63,543 nucleotides of DNA from contig JBNGIO010006236.1 of NCBI GenBank assembly GCA_049999805.1, positions 264,558-328,100 of the forward strand, read 5' to 3'. Source of the DNA: Folioceros fuciformis (taxonomy: Eukaryota). Every line of letters starts with the position of its first letter. The stretch's first letter is position 1. A program made the translations under genes and the position numbers. The notes under the pieces are model-generated. The model was not told the origin of the DNA and did no database searches. It worked only from the letters and a program-made list of their open reading frames with translations. Below are positions 38,200 through 49,925 of this stretch, one piece after another.

Positions 38200-39300
38200 C
38201 TTTGGTTATTGCATAATCCTCTATTGGTCAACGTTCAAGGTTTACAATGACATGCTCATAGATGAAATTCCCATTTGGATCCGCAAGGATCACATTAGTG
38301 ATATAAGTTTGTTTCCCTTTAGAGAAAAATAGATCCACTCCAAGGAACGCCCCATATGCAGTGACCTCTACGAACACTGCATAGTGCATATAGGCACTCT
38401 TTATTTGGAAGAAACCCACACTTCCTTTCCATTAAGAACATGATCTCGTGAACAATATAATGTGTCACAATGCATTTCCTCCCTTGATGGGATAACATGC
38501 CAAATGCAACCCCGAGTCATTAATAGCAACCCCATAACTACATGTAAAGACAAATGAAGTTAAAAGATAGATCAAGCGTAGGTGGAATCTCATCACGGTC
38601 ATGAAAGTTGCTTTTGTGATTCGAAACATCTAAATGCATGATTGAGCCAAGAGCCAACTTTCTTTCCTGAACAAAAGTGAATATAAGCCTAAGAAGACCC
38701 ATGGATGGATGTTTCCAAGATATACACTCTAAGGGCTTGCGCATGCTACATAACTGAAGCTACCAAGATCTATGATGTTCTAAGGGTCTATATAATTAGA
38801 CTATCAAAATTCCTAAGATTTGCTAGGAAAGTTGGAGAAGGAATAATAGTCTCGACAAAGCAACCTAATTGCCACACAAAGTAAGAAGAGAAAGTATCAA
38901 ATGCAATATTTATCTTTAGTTTAAGAGAAGCCCTAAATATAGGCCAATTCTCCTTCAAAGGCTGCATTCTAAACCCTTTTGACAAAATTAGGAGGTCTAA
39001 CGAGAACGCCCAAGACCCATAATCTATATGAGAAAGCAATACCCCTTTCCCCTACATGCCTCTCTCATGTCTTTCCGCTTTTCCCCGACTCCCTCCAAAT
39101 ATTGAAGCGAGTGGAAGATGCTTAAGGAGGATCAAACTCTATAGTTAGCCAACTTGACCCTTAGTCCTACACAAGCAAGCTCGAAGGAGAAGAGATTGAA
39201 GGATGCCTTCACCATATCCCTCGGTTCGAGAATATGAGTGTCATTGGCCATGGATGGGAACAAAACATTTGTGTCGTGGTGTGCCGCTAAACATTGCACT
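38200..39300 (-). mobile_element. 3' part of a degenerate RLE-type (CRE/NeSL-like) non-LTR retrotransposon
   Basis: Minus-strand peptides in order: VLFPSMANDTHILEP (decayed xADD RT motif, ~39225-39270), TIIPSPTFLANLRNFD, CSYGVAINDSGLHLAC...VTHYIVHE (decayed zinc knuckle) and VDLFFSKGKQTYITNVILADP (restriction-like endonuclease motif). Confidence 0.7.
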
Positions 39301-39630
39301 CATGTATGATTCATTAGTTAAAAATACTCACACCACACCACATTACACACACATTAATTACTGCATGATGGTGTTGTAGCTTTATAAGAGTGAAGCGTTT
39401 GCTTCCTTCAGTCACCACAAAATCTCCTCCACCTGCATCCACACTTTTCAGAGTTGTAACTTGGCTTCTCAAATCCTTGATCGGGTCACATGATCTTGCA
39501 CGCTGCGCACACGCACACCTTAACCGAATTTCCAACAAAAGAATGCTCCCTCAAGAGAAAGCTTATTCCCATAAAGCAAGAGAATATAAGCTTACAACTG
39601 CAGTGAACACCACTGAGCTAGGCTTTTTTA

Positions 39631-39815
39631 TGTTATTTTATGCATTTGTTCAAGGATAATTTAGACAAAGAATACTTAAGACAATGCAGCAAAAGAACTT
39701 AATTCAATTAATACAAAATTGTAGCTTTTATAGTGTCAAGTTTGTTAAACCCAAAAGTCACGTGTTTAATCGAGTTAGGTTAATCTAACCCATGGTTACC
39801 TAAATAACCTTAATA
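39631..39815 (-). repeat. 3' LTR of copia element 1
   Basis: Differs from 46163-46346 by about 5 transitions and 1 indel; one terminus is mutated (TA instead of CA on +). Confidence 0.95.
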
Positions 39816-39886
39816 CCCCCTTTTAACCTTACGAGGTTAAAGTAAGTGCTTAAACCCTAACGGGCCATGGCCCTCGTCACTCCCTC

Positions 39887-40472
39887 ATGATGAAGCAGTC
39901 ATGCGAAGTTGTTGTGTGGCACAAGCGGGAAAATCATGCAGGGAGCATGACGGACGATCCAACTTCAGACAGGGAGAGACGTGAAGGCTCAGGGCAAGCT
40001 GAAGATTGGTCGTGGCGCCTTGCTCTCGCGGTACCAGGGATAAGAACAACCATTGCAGAGGGAATTCTCAGTCTTCTGTGTTCTGGTGCAGGAAGAAATG
40101 GCACGCAAGAGGGGTGGCGGCTTGAGTTGTCAGAAGCATCCAAGGGAAGAGTCCTCACAGCAGCATAGTTACTCTGTTGAGCCTGGCGAGACTCACACAT
40201 CGAAGGAGCCTGCGGAGTGGCCTACACAGTCAGACAGAAACTTGGTGTGCCATCTGCTTCAAACTTCTCAGAAGTGCGAGGAGATTGAAGAAGCAATCAA
40301 GGCCGCGAAGTGTAGGGTCTTGAAGCTTCGAGACTTGGTCGCCAAGTTCCCACAACGGGATTCGACCATGTTTCCACTGTTAGAGTGTGAAATACAACAC
40401 CTTGTGAAGGAATTGAACACGCTGGGATATACTGGAGCAGTGGGCGGTGTGCGTGAACCTGATGATACCTAA
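39887..40472 (+). CDS. Hypothetical antisense ORF inside copia element 1 (possibly spliced 39887-40030 + 40092-40472, 174 aa); coiled-coil-like C-terminal half
   Basis: In-frame GT..AG intron at 40031-40091 with a pyrimidine-rich acceptor (tcttctgtgttctggtgcag). Helical segment LLQTSQKCEEIEEAIKAAKCRVLKLRDL...LECEIQHLVKELNTL. Telo-box-like AAACCCTAA and GGGCC at 39852-39866. Confidence 0.45.
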
Positions 40473-40668
40473 GTCCCTTGTTTGCCTGAGAGAGGTAAAT
40501 CACTGCTGTGAAGTTTTTCTTTGCTTTTCGTTGATGTAGAAAATAGTTCACGACTGAATATGCAGGTTGCTTCATCCATTGAGCTGTCCTCATGGCTTGT
40601 GTGCTGGACAGGAAGGTCAGGCCTATAGTAAATTGCTTAATTCACTTCGTGTCAATAGAACACACACA

Positions 40669-43600
40669 CTATTCTGTACTCTCTCGTACCGGCATAGCAA
40701 ACACCCTTAAGCCCATAGAGGCTAGATGTTTATAGTGCTTGACCTTAGAAAGTCCTTTTGTCAGTAGGTCTGCTGTATTTTCATATGTGCTTACATATTC
40801 CACCTTAGCCACACCTCTCTCCACCACGTCCCTAATGTAGTGGTGATAGAGCTCTATGTGCTTTATCCTCACATGGAACCGTGGATTAGCCACGAGGGCT
40901 ATAGCAGACATATTATCACATAGTAGTTGAGTTGTAGAGGTTTGTGTCATAAAGATGGATTCTAAAAACTGTCTTTTCCCATTCAAGTTCCTTGCAGGCA
41001 TTTGTTAGGGCCTTGTATTCAGCCTCAGTAGACGACAGGGCTAATGAAGACTGCTTTTTACATGACCAATTGACAGCACCAGAAGCTAGCAAACATACAT
41101 AGGCAGACAGACTCTTACGAGTGTTTGAATCTGATGCCCAGTCAGCATCAACTAGGGTAGTCAGCATAAAGCTCTTCTTGCCACTGGCAGTATAATGTAG
41201 GCCTAAATTGACTTTTCCCTTTAGGTAACGATAGATACGTTTGACTGCAGCCCAATGGACTCGACCTAGAGTCTTGAAAAACTGAGCTACCATACTAATA
41301 GAGAAGCTTATATCTGGTCTAGTCCAGTTTGCCAGGAAAATGAGACAACCAACTGCCTCAGCATAAGGAATGCCAGCCATATCCTTTTCTTCATCGGGAG
41401 AATGAGGGGACACGTCGACTGATAGCTTCTCACCCACAACAGAAGGGGTAGTTACAGGACGTGCTTCATCTAGGTGAAATCTTTTAAGTATTTCCTTAAG
41501 GTACTTTGATTGATGAAGGACAATTGTCTCGTCTTGCCTGTTTCTAAGTATCTGGATACCCAAGCAAAACTAAAGAGCACCATCGTCTGTCATCTCAAAT
41601 TTGCTCCTCAGAAGATCCTTAACCTTGTTCATGTGTGACATGCTGTTGCTCAATAGAGTCGCATCGTCAACATACAAAGCCAGGATGACAAAAAGCTTAG
41701 ACTCAGATAAGTAAAACACATTTGAGTCTGCTGATGATTGTGAGAAGCCTGCCTTACACAGGGACTTCATAATTCGTTTGTACCAGGCTCTGGGGCTTTG
41801 TTTCAAACCATAGATAGTCTTCAAAAGTTTACAGACTTTACCGGGCCATTTCTTACTAACAAATCCTTCTGGTTGGTTCATGTAGAGAACCTCTTCCAGT
41901 TCTCCATGTAGGAAGGCCGTGAGGACATCCATCTGATGGAGTTCAAGATCAAACTCAGCGGCAAGTGCAAGTAGGATCCTAACAGATGGAGGCTTCACTA
42001 CAGGGGAGAAGGTATCTCCGTAATCTATCCCAGAAATCTGTGAGAACCCTCTTGCCGCCAGTTTGCTCTTATATCTTGCTATAGTTCCATCTGACTTTAG
42101 TTTAGTTTTAAAAAACCCATTTACAGGTAATAGGTTTTCTGCCTGGTGGTAGATCAGCTAGCTCCCACGTCTGGTTTTTGAGGAGACTATTGTACTCATC
42201 ATTCATAGACACTTGCCAATGGGCCCCATCAGGACCATTCAGTGCTTCATCAAGTGTTCGAGGATCAGGTCTGACATCAGGTACATACAAGTCTGTTACA
42301 TTGGCTGCAGTATGTCTCATGAAATCTTCAGACTGATAAGGTGGCTCATCCCATAACTCTCGTGGTCTTCTCATCCTTACAGGAAAGTGAGAAGAAGGAT
42401 CAACATCAGCAGTCTCATCAGGATCTGACAATACACCATCACTATGAGCTTCACTGATATCCAAGTCTTCAAAAACCACCTGGCTGCTCATCATTATATT
42501 GGTGATCCCCCTCATAATCCTCAGCATCTATAGGATCTGGATATACAGGAGGTGTACCAACAGTAGGTACCAAAGGCGGGTCAGGCTAATCATTTTGTGG
42601 TTGTAAGAAAGCATCAACTGCTACATGGTCTAATAGAGTAGGAACATCTCCATCTGACTGTGGGTATTCTTTGTGTGGACTCTGTATCAGCAAGTCTACT
42701 CTCAAGAGTGGTAGACAAGGAATCTGTTTGAGGAATTAAAAATTCCTTGAAGGTAACACTACGTGCTAGTGTAATCTTGAAAGTCTTAGGGTCATACAGC
42801 TTATAGGCTTTGGATTCCAACAAAGATGGAGGGTCGAGACCTATCATCTAACTTCCCCCTCTTGGCTTCAGGGACGAAAGCAAAGGCGGGTGACCTAAAG
42901 ACTCTCAAGTGCAGCAGGCTAGGCTTGCGACCCCAGAAAGCTTCATAAGGGGTGCGACTAGGCAGAGCTGAAGTAACAAGTCGATTCAGAATGTAAGTGG
43001 CTGTCACCACAGCTTCTGCCCAGAATGATTTGGGTAAGTAAGCCCATGAGATCATGCTGCGAGTCATGCCCATCAAAGTTTGATTTTTGCGCTCAACAAC
43101 ACCGTTATGTTGTTGTATATAGGGCACTAACAACTGGCGAAGAATACCATATGCTTGAAAAAGATCATGAAATCGATGGCCAATGAACTGCCCTCCATTA
43201 TCAGTTCGGAAGCATCTGACAAGACGTCCAGTCTGTCTCTGGACCATGAGGATCCAGGAGGAGATGTGTTCGAACACATTACTCTTCAACTTGATAGGGA
43301 AGGTCCAAGTATAACGAGAAAAATTGTCAGTCAGTGATAGATAGTACTCTGCTCCACCAAGAGACTTCACAGGCAGCTTTCCAGCAATATCAGCGTGCAC
43401 AAGTTCAAGGACAACAGTTGCCCTGGTAGGTTGTTTATTCTTGAAAGGCAATTCTTTTTGTTTAGACAGTATGCAGGAGGTGCAGGCCAATAGATGCTTG
43501 AAACAGCTGGGGAGCTTCTCTCTGTAGACGGTGGAGTCGACATAAAATCCAACTTCGACTTGTTCACATGGCCCAACCTCTCATGCCACAGGTTAGCCTT

Positions 43601-45008
43601 GTCATTGGACGAAGCAAGAAGGACTCTGGTGCGTGACTTAGACACCTGGACCAGTTGATAAAGATCGTGTACTAAGACAGCCTTAGTTAGAATCTTCTTT
43701 GGACAGGTAAGGGGATACATGTAGCACGTACTACTTTCAAAACGAAAACCATATAGGTTCATTCTAGAAATGGCTCTAACAGACAATAAGTTTCTACTCA
43801 TTACTGGTACAAACAGGACTTCCTGAAGGGTTGAGCCATCAAGAAGTGGTATGTCTACTATACCTGTCCCTTTTACCTCAATGCCCCGTGCATCACCCAC
43901 AAAGAATGACTAAGGGGTTTGTAGGTTGTGAAAGGAAGAAAACATCTATTGATTGTTGCAGACGTGAGCAGTTGCTCCCGAATCAACGAACCAATGCTGA
44001 GTGTTCTCTGTAGTCAAAATCAAACAAACTGTAAGTACAGGGCTGCTGTTTTGAGGTTGTTGTTGGCCATTCTGAGATTTTGCTTCCTTAGATGAAACAT
44101 GAGCCTGTGATCTAACAATCTTTTTGGGCTCTCCAGCTTTCTTCTTTCTACAGTCACGTTCCCAAGTATCTGGCACCAGTTGCAACTGCCTGTGCGCTTA
44201 GTGGTGGAGGAGGAGGTACTAGAAGTGTTTGAAGAATTCTTCTTACTTTTGTCCTTTCCCTTCCATTGATTCTTGCCTTTTTCAGCAAGAAGGACTTTTT
44301 CACAATGCAGCCTTGAACCAGAGTGAGAACGTTGGCGGCTCTGCTCCTCTTGCAGGAGGGCCCCAACTATCTCATTCAGATTGAGTGTAGAAGGTTGGCC
44401 ACTTGCTGCTGCTGAGTAGGAATCACGCAAAGTGGCATTTTGGCTGGAAATAAAAGATTAATAGGATGAGGGCAGGCTGGTCAGCAGTTGTGCTGTCATC
44501 ACCACTTCAATAATCTTGGTACCTAGCGCAGCAAGCTATGCTCGCAGTGCCTCAACTTGGTGACATGAGCACCAACTGGTTCCCCCTCCCTCAACCTCAA
44601 ACTGTGAAAGTCGTTTCTTGCGTTGATCATGGTACATATGTTTCTGACCTAATAAGTGTCATGAAGTTGTTTCCACACAGCTTCTGCTGACTCAAGTGAA
44701 TCAACCTCAGTAACTGTAGTCTCATCAAAGCCTGACAGAAGAATGGCAAATGCAACCTTGTTACACTTCTTCCACTTTGCCTTATCATCAGATGTGGGCT
44801 GAACTACAGCTGTAGCTGGTACAAGGAAAGGGTTCGGTATAGTGCCATCAACATACTCCAGAACGTCGCGAGCATCAAGGTTAGCTTTTATTTGTGTTTT
44901 CCAGCTTTCAAAACGTAGTGCCTTTCCATCGAACCTATCTTTTTCCTTAAACTCACTGTAGTATGACAATCCTACAGATATAGACATGGGTCCTTGACCT
45001 GTAGTCAT
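40669..45008 (-). pseudogene. Copia gag-pol of element 1, disrupted by frameshifts and stops
   Basis: gag FKEKDRFDG..FESWK, zinc knuckle CNWC..(GH)WERDC, protease WFVDSGATAH, LWHERLGH, integrase LVHADIAG/RTDNGG/NGVVERKN, RT QMDVLTAFLHG/YGLKQSPRAW/LYVDD, RNase H DADWA/SSTEAEY/KHIELYHH/ADLLTK. Confidence 0.95.
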
Positions 45009-45442
45009 GGTGACACCAGCAGAGAGTGGAGGAGTTGAAGGATTTGAGAAAAGCTAGGAGAGTTGATCAGTATCACTATCAGAGTCAGTATCTGCAACAA
45101 ACAGGGACATGCTCTACTGAATGTTGAGAAAACATGTAGACGACATAAGAGAATTGAAACGGTAAGTCCTAAAACTTAAATGTCCCTTCAAGTTTTTTTT
45201 TTTTTTTAAAGATAATAACATTTCAACAAACCCTAAGCATGTCACACGACTTCTAACTGATAACCGTTTGTGCCTGCAGACATTCTCAGAATGCAAGGGA
45301 CGTGACCCAAGCATAAATCAGGAAGACAACAAGGACATCTACAACACCTGGACACTCCAACCAACAGGAGCAATCATAGTAGTGCCTACTGAGAGCTCCA
45401 GGGCAACGAATTGTAAATTCGCAAGCTGTCTCTCACACCCCT

Positions 45443-46012
45443 TCAGATCTGAGGGGTCTTGTCTGTCTGATCCTCAGCGCATGCTCCATCTCTCATGGGA
45501 ACAAGAGATTCCAGGTACATCGCTGCAACTGGTTGCACTGCAGAGGTAGAAACATGTGTTTGTTGAACTCTGAATTGAGTAAGTTGAGAAACAAGTTCCG
45601 CAACTTCGGATTGCAGGGACTCCAGACTTCTGATCACTTCACCGAGTCTTGGAATTGTGAAGGCAAAAGTATGGTCAGCAAGCAATTCGATACTGTTCAA
45701 CTTGAGGATGAGACGGTCAGTTGAATAAGGACTTGCTGTAGAATCCAGTTGCTCAAGTAGTACTCCATCTTCAAGAACTTCTCCTAACCAATTTTCTTGT
45801 TCAATCCTTGATTTCAGAAGCTCAATCCGCCTGGAAACTACTCGACTGGAGTAGCTGTGGGGAGAGACAGAAAATTCTCTCACCCTGTCCTTCTTCCTGG
45901 CATCTGCGAGCAGATCATTGAGTAGTCTACTAATGTAATCTGCCCTAGCAGCCCAAGGAGATGAAGAGATAGGCTGTATACGCCTACCACTCCTTCTAGG
46001 CATTTTAAGCAT
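45443..46012 (-). CDS. Extra ORF (ORF0, 189 aa) between PBS and gag of copia element 1; basic N-terminus and coiled-coil
   Basis: Open frame starting ~140 bp downstream of the PBS: MLKMPRRSGRR...RLGEVIRSLESLQSEVAELVSQLTQFRVQQ. No gag/pol motif. Confidence 0.5.
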   Translation of the reverse strand: MLKMPRRSGRRIQPISSSPWAARADYISRLLNDLLADARKKDRVREFSVSPHSYSSRVVSRRIELLKSRIEQENWLGEVLEDGVLLEQLDSTASPYSTDRLILKLNSIELLADHTFAFTIPRLGEVIRSLESLQSEVAELVSQLTQFRVQQTHVSTSAVQPVAAMYLESLVPMRDGACAEDQTDKTPQI

Positions 46013-46150
46013 AGGAATAAGAGTCTAATGTGCCTAGCATTTAAGATTGCTAGGACACCAGAGTAGACACACTAGACTCGACATATTTGACAATCACATT
46101 GCAAAAAGCATATGTAGAAGTAGTATAGCGGAAGACTCAGAGCATCGAGA

Positions 46151-46162
46151 GCTCTGATACCA
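46151..46162 (-). promoter_or_regulatory. Primer-binding site (tRNA-iMet) of copia element 1
   Basis: TGGTATCAGAGC on the - strand, immediately after the 5' LTR. Confidence 0.95.
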
Positions 46163-46346
46163 TGTTATTTTATGCATTTGTTCAAGGATAATTTAGACAA
46201 AGAATACTTGAGACAATGCAGCAAAAGAACTTAATTCAATTAATACAAAATTATAGCTTTTATAGTGTCAAGTTTGTTAAACCCAAAGTCACGTGTTTAA
46301 CCAAGTTAGGTTAATCTAACCCATGGTTACCTAAATAACCTTAACA
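46163..46346 (-). repeat. 5' LTR of copia element 1
   Basis: TG...CA termini; internal CTATAAAAG on the - strand. Confidence 0.95.
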
Positions 46347-46559
46347 TTATGCCTACTACTTGAGACTTGTTGCACCCACATCCACACATCTAGTTGCATT
46401 TAGATTAGATTAGATTATATTATATGTTCTAATAATCTTCATTAAATAGTTGTTAATTATTACTAATGTCATTCATTAGCATCAATTATTGACTAATTAC
46501 TATTTGCATGTATCTAAGAGTGACAGTACACAATTATGCTTGACATTTCTGAAACACTC

Positions 46560-47080
46560 AGGCAATTGAAGACAACACTAAAAAAGGTAAAGAGGGCAAC
46601 ACTAAAAAAGGCAAAGAGGGCACCCTCTTCTTGCCTCATATTCATCATTGAATAAAAAACTAAGACCCCCTTCTTAGAAGGACCATGTTGGTTGTAAAGC
46701 TTGGAGTACAAGCCATAGAAGAGGCCTCCTATACTCATAAGCGCCGAGAAGATAGCAACCCTAAAGATAATGTTGGAGCAAAACTCAATATCAACTTGCA
46801 AATCTACCCAATGTGAGTGTGACTCGAGGATGACCAAAATGCCAAAGGCAATAGACTTACACTTACTCGAAGTTGTAATCTTAATTTGGTGAAGCAAAAG
46901 ATCCACCTACCAGTGCTTCCAAAGTTGAATTGTAATACTATGGTTGATAAAGCCCAAAAACACCTCCACAACAATAATAGGGCACGCCTACGAAGTAGGC
47001 TTCTCTAATGTCAGAGGTGGTCGTAGGAGATCCATTGGAAGAGGATTGACAATCCGCTTAAAAGAAAAAGTGAGTTGCAC
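46560..47080 (-). mobile_element. 5'-ward RT part of the same RLE-type non-LTR element as 38200-39300
   Basis: AFGILVILESHSHWVDLQVDIEFCSNIIFRVAIF...SMMNMRQEEGALFAF is a decayed form of W..LQVDI.NAFN.I.R.AIF ... S..G.RQGDPLGGALFAL. Confidence 0.65.
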
Positions 47081-47599
47081 TTGTGCCTATCCACGAAAAG
47101 AGGAGTGATAGTTAGTTTAAAGAAGAAGTGATTTGCCCTTGTGCCTTTAGGTAGGCGAATTAAAGTCCTTCAGCTTAGATACATGTGTTAGAGCTATACA
47201 TACCTTTCGTTTGGGCTAAGATAACAATTTTGGGAGTTTTGGGAGGGAAGTATCTTATTCTCTTACTTGCAACCTTGAGTAGGAAGTATCTTACTATCCC
47301 ACTAGTTGTTGATAGGTTCAGCAAGCAAGCACACTTTATGTAGGGTTATTTAAGCCCAATGTGCTTAGACTAATGTGTTTAGTCTAAGATTTGTGTCTAG
47401 TTAAGTATCATTTGTTTAGATTAGCTTAAGCTAATATGTAGGAAGCTTCTTGCACAGATTCCTTTGCGCTTCTTGTGAAGCTTCCTTGGGAGCTCTTCTA
47501 GAGGGTATAAATAACCCTTTGAGCTCCCTTGCAGTTGAGACATTGTGTGAGAGTGTGACCTCTCTTTCTCCTCTCCTCCTTGCTTCCTCCTCTCCTCCT

Positions 47600-48630
47600 T
47601 CACCATGTGGCTCATCTAACGATCCTTCACTTTATCCCCATGAAGAAGCAAGTGAAGGCTTCAGAAGTTGCTCAATTGTTTAAGAAGCATATCTATGTGT
47701 TACATGGATTGCCTATGCAAATCGTGAGTGATAGAGATCCCAGATTTACAGCGGAATTTTGGCAATAGCTTATGAAGAGCTTGGGAGTGCAACTATGTTT
47801 AAGCACAACACATCACCCTAATACAAATGGATCTACAAAAAGGGTAGACAGAATCCAAGAGGAATACTTACGACACTATGTACAGATGGACCCGAGAAAT
47901 TGGAGTAATCATCTTGAGGATGCAGAGTTTTGTTATAGCAATAATGTACATAACTCCACAGGCTATACACCTTTTCAGATGACAGGTAACGAAGCAATGG
48001 ACGTAGTTTCCATGTTGAATGCTGGCGTGTTTGAGACAGCAGCAAGAGAACCACGTGAATTTATTGAGCAGTTGAGGGCTAGGCATGAAATTGCTAAGAG
48101 GATTTTTGCCAAAGCTCAAGACAGGCAAAAATAGTTTGCTGATAGGCATAGGAAAGAGGTAGAATTTCAAGTGGGTGACAAGGTTTGGGTAAAGTTGAAG
48201 CACTTCCCAGTACCCCTAGGACTTTCCCCAAAGTTAAGGCCTAAGTATGGAGGTCCTTTGTAGTTCTGAAGCGCATTGAGAATGTGGCTTATAAACTACA
48301 ACTACCTAATTGGATCTTCTCTCATGATGTGTTTCACGTCTCTTTACTAAAACCGTTTGTGATTTCGAAAGAGAATGAAGACATGAATATGAAAGACTAT
48401 GTTATCTTGGTTCAATATAACCATAGTTTGCAAGAGATTGTTGAATTTCTAGCAGAAAGAGAAGTGCCTTCTATAAGTGGTAATGTTATAGAGTATCTAA
48501 TAAAGCTTCGTAATTTTGCACATCCTGTGTGGGTTTCACTTCAAGATGTGCAACAAGGATCATGGATGATCTCACGTTATACTGCAAGTCATTGAGGACA
48601 ATGACATCTTCCTAGTGGGGAGAGAGTAAT
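47600..48630 (+). mobile_element. Ty3/gypsy chromovirus remnant: integrase core, GPY/F region, chromodomain and PPT
   Basis: LHGLPMQIVSDRDPRFTAEFW, STTHHPNTNG, HNSTGYTPF, FQVGDKVWV, KLRPKYGGP, AYKLQLP..HDVFHVSLLKP, EFLAER...EYLIKL....VWV; PPT agtggggagagag at 48614-48626. Confidence 0.88.
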
Positions 48631-49139
48631 GGCACAAGTGAAACAAAGTAAAAATAAAAAGTAGAAAGGTGAAAGCTAAATCTAGAGTTGTCTTGATGAA
48701 GAAGCAAGTATACTTCTTGTTGCCTTTGGAAACAAAATTCGTGTTCTAGGCAAAACCTCCTAAAAAGGATGGAGTTGTAATGACCACTTGTATTATGAGA
48801 TGAGTGGTGTGTATTATTCCCATGATTGGGCCCTTGTGTAAGAGGAAGGTGGTCCTTCTTCAACTTTCTCTCTCATTTTCTAATTTTTAAAGTTCTTGTT
48901 TATAATGCTTTAGGTACTGTGGATAATGCTCTTTTTTAAGGGAATAGCTCATCTAAACAGCAAAAACCTTGAAGAACCTAAGGCTCAAAACGAAAACGAA
49001 GAAGGAAAAAGAGAGAATACATAAAAGAGCAAAAAATAGGTGTAATTATCATATATATATATATATATATAAGTATCTTATAAGTATATATAAAAGTATC
49101 TTATAAGTATATATAAGTACTTATAAGTATGCAATACAA

Positions 49140-49590
49140 ATGGTGTTCTCCCTTTTTTCTTTGTGGTGCCTTTTTTTTCGACAACGTGCATCTTTTCTTT
49201 GTGGTGATTTTTTTTCGATAACGTGAATCCATTGCTTTGCAACGAGCATTTTCTTTGGCACTGATGGTAGGCCTTTTATTATTCTACATCATGACATTTT
49301 GAGAGCAGTAAGTAGTTTTTGAAAATGATCATGACATTTTGAGAGCAATAAGTAGTTTTTGAAAATGATATTGGCAAGTGAGAGTACCTTTTTTTTTTTT
49401 TTTGCCTTTGGCCTTAATGTGGTTGTTCCTCCAATCTTCTTAGCAGTAGATGAGACTTTTTGGCGGGGAGAGTACCTCTTTTTTTTTGCCTTTGGCCTTT
49501 ATGGGGTTATTCCTCCAATCTTCTTAAGAATAGATGAGACTTTCTGGCTCTTTTTCAATCATATAAAATACCTTATAAATATTACTTAAT
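49140..49590 (+). repeat. Dispersed AT-rich repeat, copy C, with internal tandem duplications
   Basis: tggtgttctccct, attgctttgca, ggtaggcc.ttt.ttattc, acatttt..gtagttttt..aaatgat and gttcctccaatctt in the same order as copy A. Confidence 0.7.
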
Positions 49591-49925
49591 AAGTGTATAT
49601 ATATCTATATATATAATATCCTTAGGATATACATATTTCCTTAGGATATACATATTCAATCCGTGCAAGTCCGCTAAGTGACCCGCTCCCAACCCGAGGA
49701 GCGGGTAAGATGAAGGGGAAGGTTGAACCAGGGTCCGGGCCAGGCTGCCTTTTACACTGTTACTTGAATCGAGGAACGTGTGTTTCGTTGTTCTCCGGTG
49801 TTAGTGTATTCTGCATTGCCTACGCAGGGAGGCGTGCTGAAAGGAAACGGGAGGGAGCGGGGGTAAAAAGGGCAAACATGCGCTCACGCCCTCGGCATTG
49901 CGATTGCCATTGCCTCGCTCGCGGG

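Larger units (their letters stand above)
39631..46346 (-). mobile_element. Complete but decayed Ty1/copia LTR retrotransposon (element 1) with short LTRs and two extra ORFs
   Basis: Direct LTRs at 39631-39815 and 46163-46346, tRNA-iMet PBS, PPT (aaaaggggg on -) next to the 3' LTR, and gag-PR-IN-RT-RH order. Confidence 0.95.
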
